NCBI RefSeq assembly: GCF_000007145.1
Contig: NC_003902.1
Location: 1,897,436 to 1,929,435, forward strand
Direction of reading: 5' to 3'
DNA: 32,000 nt
From: Xanthomonas campestris pv. campestris str. ATCC 33913
Lineage (GTDB): Bacteria > Pseudomonadota > Gammaproteobacteria > Xanthomonadales > Xanthomonadaceae
Part shown: positions 27,604-32,000 of the stretch, piece by piece
Layout of the letters: the number at the start of each line of letters is the position of its first letter
Position numbering within the stretch: the stretch's first letter is position 1
Translations under genes and position numbers: made by a program
The notes under the pieces: generated by a model
What the model was told of the DNA's origin: nothing
Databases searched by the model: none
What the model saw: only the letters and a program-made list of their open reading frames with translations

Positions 27604-30438
27604 ATGGCGCAAGCGGTGCGCGAGCACGATTGGGCGCTGACGCCACTCGGGCCGCCAACACAATGGCCGGCACCGCTGCGCAGCGCGGTCAACCTTATTC
27701 TGAGCTCGCCCGAAAGCATGTATCTGGTGTGGGGCGAGGCGCTGACATTCTTCTACAACGACGCCTACACCCCGATCCTGGGCCCGCGCCAACGGCGTGC
27801 GTTGGGCGCGCCGTTGCGCGCGTTGTGGGCCGATGCGTGGGACGCCGTGCGTGGGCCGATCGAGGCCGCGTTTGCCGGCCACGCGTCGCGCTTCGAGGAA
27901 ATGCCCATCGGCATGAATCGGCACGGCAGCCCGGAGCAGACCTGGTGGACGTTTTCGTTTTCGCCGATCTATCTGGACGATGGCCGTGTGGGCGGTGCGT
28001 TCTGCGTCACCAACGAGGTCACCGATCGCAAGCTGGCGCAGCAGCACCTGGCCGACGAACACGAGCGCCTGATCCGGTTGTTCGAGCAGGCGCCGATGTT
28101 CATGGCGTTCCTCACCGGGCCGCAGCATCGGGTGGAGTTCGTCAATGATGGCTATTCGAAGCTGATCGGGCACCGCGATGTGATCGGCAAGCCGCTGGCC
28201 GAGGCATTGCCGGACGCGGCCGAGCAGGGCTACCTGCAGCCGCTGGACGAGGTGTACCGCTCCGGCCGTGCGTACACGGCCAATGCGCTTGCCTACACCA
28301 TGCAGGCCGAACCGGACGGTGCAGTGGAGCGGCGCCTGCTGGATCTGGTGTATCAGCCAATCACCGGCAGCGATGGCGCGATCTCCGGCGTGTTCATTCA
28401 GGGCCTGGATATCACCGACCGCCTCAGCCTGGAACGCGCCGTGCGCGAAGCGGAGGTGCGCAACCGGCAGATCCTGGACAGCGTGATGGATTACGCCATC
28501 ATCGCCACCGATCTGCAGGGCCGGGTGACGTCCTGGAATGAGGGCGCGCGGCGCATCCTGGGCTGGGCCGAGGCCGACATGTTGGGCCAGACGCTGGAGC
28601 GCACCTTCACCCTAGAGGACATCGCACGCAAGCAGTTGTTGGTCGAAATGGCGAGTGCGTTGGAAACAGGCAGCGGCACGGATGAGCGCTGGCATGTGCG
28701 CAGCTCCGGCGAGCGCTTCTGGGCCAACGGCTCGATGATGGTGCTGCGCGAGGAAACCGGCGCAGCCATCGGGTTCGTGAAGGTGTTGCGCGACCGCACC
28801 GCCGAGCGCCTGGCCGGCGAAGCGCTGCTCAAGAGCGAGCGCCGCCTGGATGCGCTGGTGCGTGCGTCGTCGCATGCGATCTTTTCGGCCAGTGCCGATT
28901 GGAGTGCCTTGCGTCACCGCGTGGGCAATGGCGTGCTCAGCGACGACCTGCCGGCCAATCCACGCTGGCAGCAGGAGCTGGTGCATCCGGACGATCGCGC
29001 GCAGCTGGCACAAGCCAGTGCCACCGCCATCGCGAACACGGCCAGCCTGGATGTGGAGTACCGCGTCAATCTTCCCGACCAGCAGACCGGCTGGACGCAG
29101 ATGCGTGCGGTGCCGCTGCTGGATGCGCACGGGCGCATCATCGAGTGGTTCGGCACCGCCACCGACATCACCGACAAGCGGCAGGCCGAGGCGCAGTTGC
29201 GCCAGCTCACCGATACCCTGGAAGAGCGCGTGCGCGAGCGCACCGCCGAGCTGTTGTTGGCCGAAGAAAAATTGCGCCAGAGCCAGAAGATGGAAGCGGT
29301 GGGGCAGCTCACCGGCGGGCTGGCGCATGACTTCAATAATCTGTTGACTGCCATCAGCGTGGGGCTGGAGCTGCTGCAAACGCGCATCGCGCAAGGCCGT
29401 TACGACCGGCTGGAGCGCTATGTAGAGATGGCGCAATCCAGCGCGGCGCGTGCGGCGGCGCTGACCCAGCGCCTGCTGGCGTTTTCGCGGCGGCAAACGC
29501 TGGCGCCCACGGCGCTGGAAGTGGAAACGCTGGTGCGCGGCATGCGCGAGATCATTGCGCGCACGCTGGGACCATCGATCGCGCTGCAACTGCGTGCCGA
29601 TGCGCAAGCGTGGCAGGTGCTGGTCGATGCGCCGCAGCTGGAAAACGCCTTGCTCAACCTGTGCATCAATGCACGTGACGCCATGCCCGATGGCGGTGCC
29701 CTGACCATCGCCATTACCAATGCCGAGCTGCGTGGCAGCGCCGCGCAGCAGCTGGAGCTGCCGGAAGGGCAATACGTGTGCCTGAGCGTGCAGGACACCG
29801 GCACGGGCATGAGCGAAGAGGTGATGGAAAAAGTGTTCGAACCGTTCTTCACCACCAAGCCGATCGGGCAGGGCACCGGCCTTGGTCTGTCGATGATCTA
29901 TGGGTTTACCCGGCAGTCCGGCGGGCAGGTGCGCATGCATTCCGAAGCCGAGGTCGGTACCACCATGTCGCTGTACCTGCCGCGCTTTACCGGCGAACCG
30001 TTGCCCGCCGACCAGGCCGCCATCGACGCGCCCACGCTGCCAACGGCCGGCGACAGCAAGACCGTGTTGCTGGTGGAAGATGAAGCGCCGATCCGCATCC
30101 TGATCTGCGAAGTGCTGATCGATGCCGGCTACCGGGTCATCGACGTCGCGGACGGCAGTACCGCGGTGGAGCGCCTGCAATCGGCGGAGGTGATCGACCT
30201 GCTGGTGACCGACGTCGGCCTTACTGGCGCGCTCAATGGACGGCAGGTGGCCGATGCCGGCCGTCTGCAGCGGCCAGCGCTGCCGGTGTTGTTCGTGACC
30301 GGCTACGCAGCGAGCGCGGCCGTGGGTGCCGGGCAACTGGAAACAGGCATGGAAGTGCTGACCAAGCCATTCCTGGCCGCCGACCTGGAGCGCAGGGTTG
30401 GCCAACTGCTCGCAAGCTCTGGCGGCGGTGCTGCCTGA
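27604..30438 (+). CDS. Hybrid sensor histidine kinase / response regulator with multiple PAS domains
   Basis: I chose the start at MAQAVREHDWALTPLGPP. Several PAS-like blocks are present, plus a coiled coil, the H-box GGLAHDFNNLLTAI, the N/G boxes NLCINARDAMPDGG, DTGTGM and GQGTGLGLSM, and the C-terminal REC domain VLLVEDEAPIR...DLLVTDVGL...TKPF. The 5' 122 codons of the tracked ORF look non-coding. Confidence 0.85.
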   Translation: MAQAVREHDWALTPLGPPTQWPAPLRSAVNLILSSPESMYLVWGEALTFFYNDAYTPILGPRQRRALGAPLRALWADAWDAVRGPIEAAFAGHASRFEEMPIGMNRHGSPEQTWWTFSFSPIYLDDGRVGGAFCVTNEVTDRKLAQQHLADEHERLIRLFEQAPMFMAFLTGPQHRVEFVNDGYSKLIGHRDVIGKPLAEALPDAAEQGYLQPLDEVYRSGRAYTANALAYTMQAEPDGAVERRLLDLVYQPITGSDGAISGVFIQGLDITDRLSLERAVREAEVRNRQILDSVMDYAIIATDLQGRVTSWNEGARRILGWAEADMLGQTLERTFTLEDIARKQLLVEMASALETGSGTDERWHVRSSGERFWANGSMMVLREETGAAIGFVKVLRDRTAERLAGEALLKSERRLDALVRASSHAIFSASADWSALRHRVGNGVLSDDLPANPRWQQELVHPDDRAQLAQASATAIANTASLDVEYRVNLPDQQTGWTQMRAVPLLDAHGRIIEWFGTATDITDKRQAEAQLRQLTDTLEERVRERTAELLLAEEKLRQSQKMEAVGQLTGGLAHDFNNLLTAISVGLELLQTRIAQGRYDRLERYVEMAQSSAARAAALTQRLLAFSRRQTLAPTALEVETLVRGMREIIARTLGPSIALQLRADAQAWQVLVDAPQLENALLNLCINARDAMPDGGALTIAITNAELRGSAAQQLELPEGQYVCLSVQDTGTGMSEEVMEKVFEPFFTTKPIGQGTGLGLSMIYGFTRQSGGQVRMHSEAEVGTTMSLYLPRFTGEPLPADQAAIDAPTLPTAGDSKTVLLVEDEAPIRILICEVLIDAGYRVIDVADGSTAVERLQSAEVIDLLVTDVGLTGALNGRQVADAGRLQRPALPVLFVTGYAASAAVGAGQLETGMEVLTKPFLAADLERRVGQLLASSGGGAA

Positions 30439-30460
30439 CTGCTGCTGCCAGCGCGGTGAG

Positions 30461-30880
30461 TTACAGCGAGGTGCGAACGGTGTCCAGCAGATCGCGCAGC
30501 GTGAACGGCTTGGTGAGCAGACGCATGCCGCTGGCCAGAAAGTCCTTGCGCGCCGATGCCGCACCTGCGAACCCGGTCATGAACACGATGGGCAAGCTCG
30601 GGTACAACACACGTGCGTTATCGGCCAGGTCGCGCCCGTTCATGCCGGGCAGGCAGATATCGGACAACAGCAAATCAAAGACCGGCAGGTTCTGTAGCTG
30701 CTGCAATGCAACTTCGGCATCCTCCGCGGCGACCACCGTGTAGCCTTCGTCACTCAGGATGTCGGTGGTCATCAGGCGGATAGCGTCGTTGTCTTCCACC
30801 AGCAGGATGCGTGCGTGTGCAGTTGCGTGATTCACCAGAGCCTCAAAACAATCTGTCGCGGTGCAGCGATCTGCATGCAA
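30461..30880 (-). CDS. Single-domain (REC-only) response regulator
   Basis: RILLVEDNDAIRLMTTDIL...DLLLSDICLPGMNG...LTKPFTLRDL shows the CheY-like receiver motifs. No output domain is present. Confidence 0.85.
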   Translation of the reverse strand: MHADRCTATDCFEALVNHATAHARILLVEDNDAIRLMTTDILSDEGYTVVAAEDAEVALQQLQNLPVFDLLLSDICLPGMNGRDLADNARVLYPSLPIVFMTGFAGAASARKDFLASGMRLLTKPFTLRDLLDTVRTSL

Positions 30881-31027
30881 CGCTAGGGCAGTGGCCGTGA
30901 GGGTTGCGTTGGGGCAGGTGTGACGGTGTCCAGCGGCAGGCCTGGCAGCAAGCTGAGCACTTCAGCCGGCTACGGTGAAGGAGTGAACGCGCGTGTTAAC
31001 CTGAATGGCCTAGGGACACTTCATCCA

Positions 31028-32000
31028 ATGACCTCAACGCGTATCGCCACGGGAACAAGCGGACTCGACACCATCCTGCGTGGTGGGTTGCCGTCCAACC
31101 GGCTGTACCTGCTCGAAGGCCAGCCAGGCTCGGGCAAGACCACGCTGGCGCTGCAGTTCCTGCTGGAAGGCGCGGCCAAAGGCGAGAGTTGCCTGTACAT
31201 CACCTTGTCCGAAACGCTGGATGAGCTGCAAGAGGTTGCGCAGTCGCACGGCTGGTCGCTGGATGCGCTGCATATCTTCGAGCTGGCATCGGCCGAAGCG
31301 TTTCTGGGCGACGGGCGGCAGCAATCCATCCTGCATCCGTGGGAACTGGAACTGGATGGCACCGTCAAGCTCATCCAGGCCGAGGTGGACCGGGTCAAGC
31401 CGCAGCGCGTGGTGTTCGACTCGTTGTCCGAGCTGCGCCTGCTGGCGCAGGACTCGCTGCGCTACCGCCGCCAGGTGCTGGCGCTCAAGCAGTTCTTTGC
31501 GCCGCGCAATATCACCGTGCTGCTGGTAGACGATCTGACCGGCACCAGCGAGGGACGCGATTCGCATCTGCATAGCCTGTGTCATGGCGTGGTGTCGCTG
31601 GAGCGGTTGACCCTGGATTTCGGCGCCGCACGTCGGCGCATGCAGGTGCAGAAACTGCGCGGCGTGGATTTCATTGCCGGCTATCACGATCTGTCGATCC
31701 TGCGTGGCGGCCTGCGGATCTATCCGCGCCTGATCGCCTCCGACCACCATGTCACCTTTATCGGCGATGCAGTCTCCAGCGGGGTGCAGGAAGTCGACGA
31801 TCTGCTGCACGGTGGGCCGTTGCGTGGCACCAGTACCTTGCTCACCGGCCCGGCCGGCAGTGGCAAGACCAACCTCGCCCTGCAATACGTCGCTGCGGCG
31901 TGTGCGCGTGGCGAGCACTGCTGCATCTTCGAATTCGACGAGCGTACCGGCACCTTGCTGGCCCGTGCCGAATCGCTGGGGCTGGATCTGCGCCGGCATC
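31028..32000 (+). CDS. KaiC-like double RecA-fold ATPase (partial, continues past the window end)
   Basis: MTSTRIATGTSGLDTILRGGLPSNRLYLLEGQPGSGKTTLALQFL carries the first Walker A and VVFDSLSEL the Walker B. The second domain reads VSSGVQEVDDLLHGGPLRGTSTLLTGPAGSGKTNLALQY. The ORF has no stop in the window, so it is absent from the ORF track. The tracked 31034-31999 minus-strand ORF is its antisense shadow. Confidence 0.85.
   Translation, partial: MTSTRIATGTSGLDTILRGGLPSNRLYLLEGQPGSGKTTLALQFLLEGAAKGESCLYITLSETLDELQEVAQSHGWSLDALHIFELASAEAFLGDGRQQSILHPWELELDGTVKLIQAEVDRVKPQRVVFDSLSELRLLAQDSLRYRRQVLALKQFFAPRNITVLLVDDLTGTSEGRDSHLHSLCHGVVSLERLTLDFGAARRRMQVQKLRGVDFIAGYHDLSILRGGLRIYPRLIASDHHVTFIGDAVSSGVQEVDDLLHGGPLRGTSTLLTGPAGSGKTNLALQYVAAACARGEHCCIFEFDERTGTLLARAESLGLDLRRH

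Noticed and set aside
28612-30564. 650-aa ORF on the minus strand
   Set aside because: It lies antisense to the hybrid histidine kinase, whose plus-strand frame carries unmistakable H-box, N/G-box and REC motifs. The minus-strand product is low-complexity and Arg/Gln/Gly/Ala/His-rich, a typical high-GC shadow ORF.
31034-31999. 321-aa ORF on the minus strand
   Set aside because: It lies antisense to the KaiC-like gene, which has two Walker A loops in the plus frame. The plus-strand ORF is missing from the track only because it has no stop inside the window.
1-32000. Search for CRISPR arrays, tRNA and rRNA genes
   Set aside because: I saw no regularly spaced direct repeats with unique spacers. 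No cloverleaf-like sequence is evident near the integrase fragment or the island borders, and nothing resembles rRNA. This was by-eye inspection only. tRNAscan-SE, Infernal or a CRISPR finder would be decisive.

Overview
This is a high-GC, IS-riddled accessory region. From gene content (XopE effector with a PIP box, IS407/IS3/IS4/IS5-type elements) I infer a Xanthomonas of the citri/axonopodis/euvesicatoria type.

Layout from left to right:
1. An AT-rich gene fragment cut by an IS407-group element (1-1489).
2. A Tn3-family transposon remnant (to 4843). It carries a HrpX-type PIP box, the type III effector gene xopE, a serine resolvase, a res-like site, a vapBC toxin-antitoxin pair and one terminal inverted repeat (IR). 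It has no tnpA.
3. An IS3 element that cuts off the 3' end of a ~1000-aa Upf1/DNA2-like SF1 helicase gene (6119-9190).
4. An IS5-family (IS427-like) element abutting a 5' fragment of a NYN/LabA-like gene.
5. A ~9 kb island holding a Sec-signal Rhs/YD-repeat gene split by an IS5 element. Next come a translationally coupled serum-amyloid-A-like ORF (split by an IS4 element), a lipoprotein gene and a 5'-truncated tyrosine integrase. The island is bracketed by two diverged 242-bp direct repeats of the NYN 5' end plus leader.
6. A ~5 kb block bracketed by ~112-bp inverted repeats. It contains a tightly overlapping operon (acyl-CoA-dehydrogenase-like, PIG-L deacetylase, NodS-like methyltransferase, GT2), plus DUF488, DUF1653 and two small ORFs.
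7. A secreted NucA-like endonuclease.
8. A PAS hybrid histidine kinase, a single-domain response regulator and a partial KaiC-like double ATPase.

I found no rRNA, tRNA or CRISPR array. Many long ORFs in the track are antisense or out-of-frame shadows typical of high-GC DNA.

The most unusual item is the Rhs tail module. The Rhs core ends at DPLGL with only 28 further residues. An ATGA-coupled SAA-like ORF and an overlapping lipoprotein gene follow.

All calls rest on reading motifs by eye. No database search was run.
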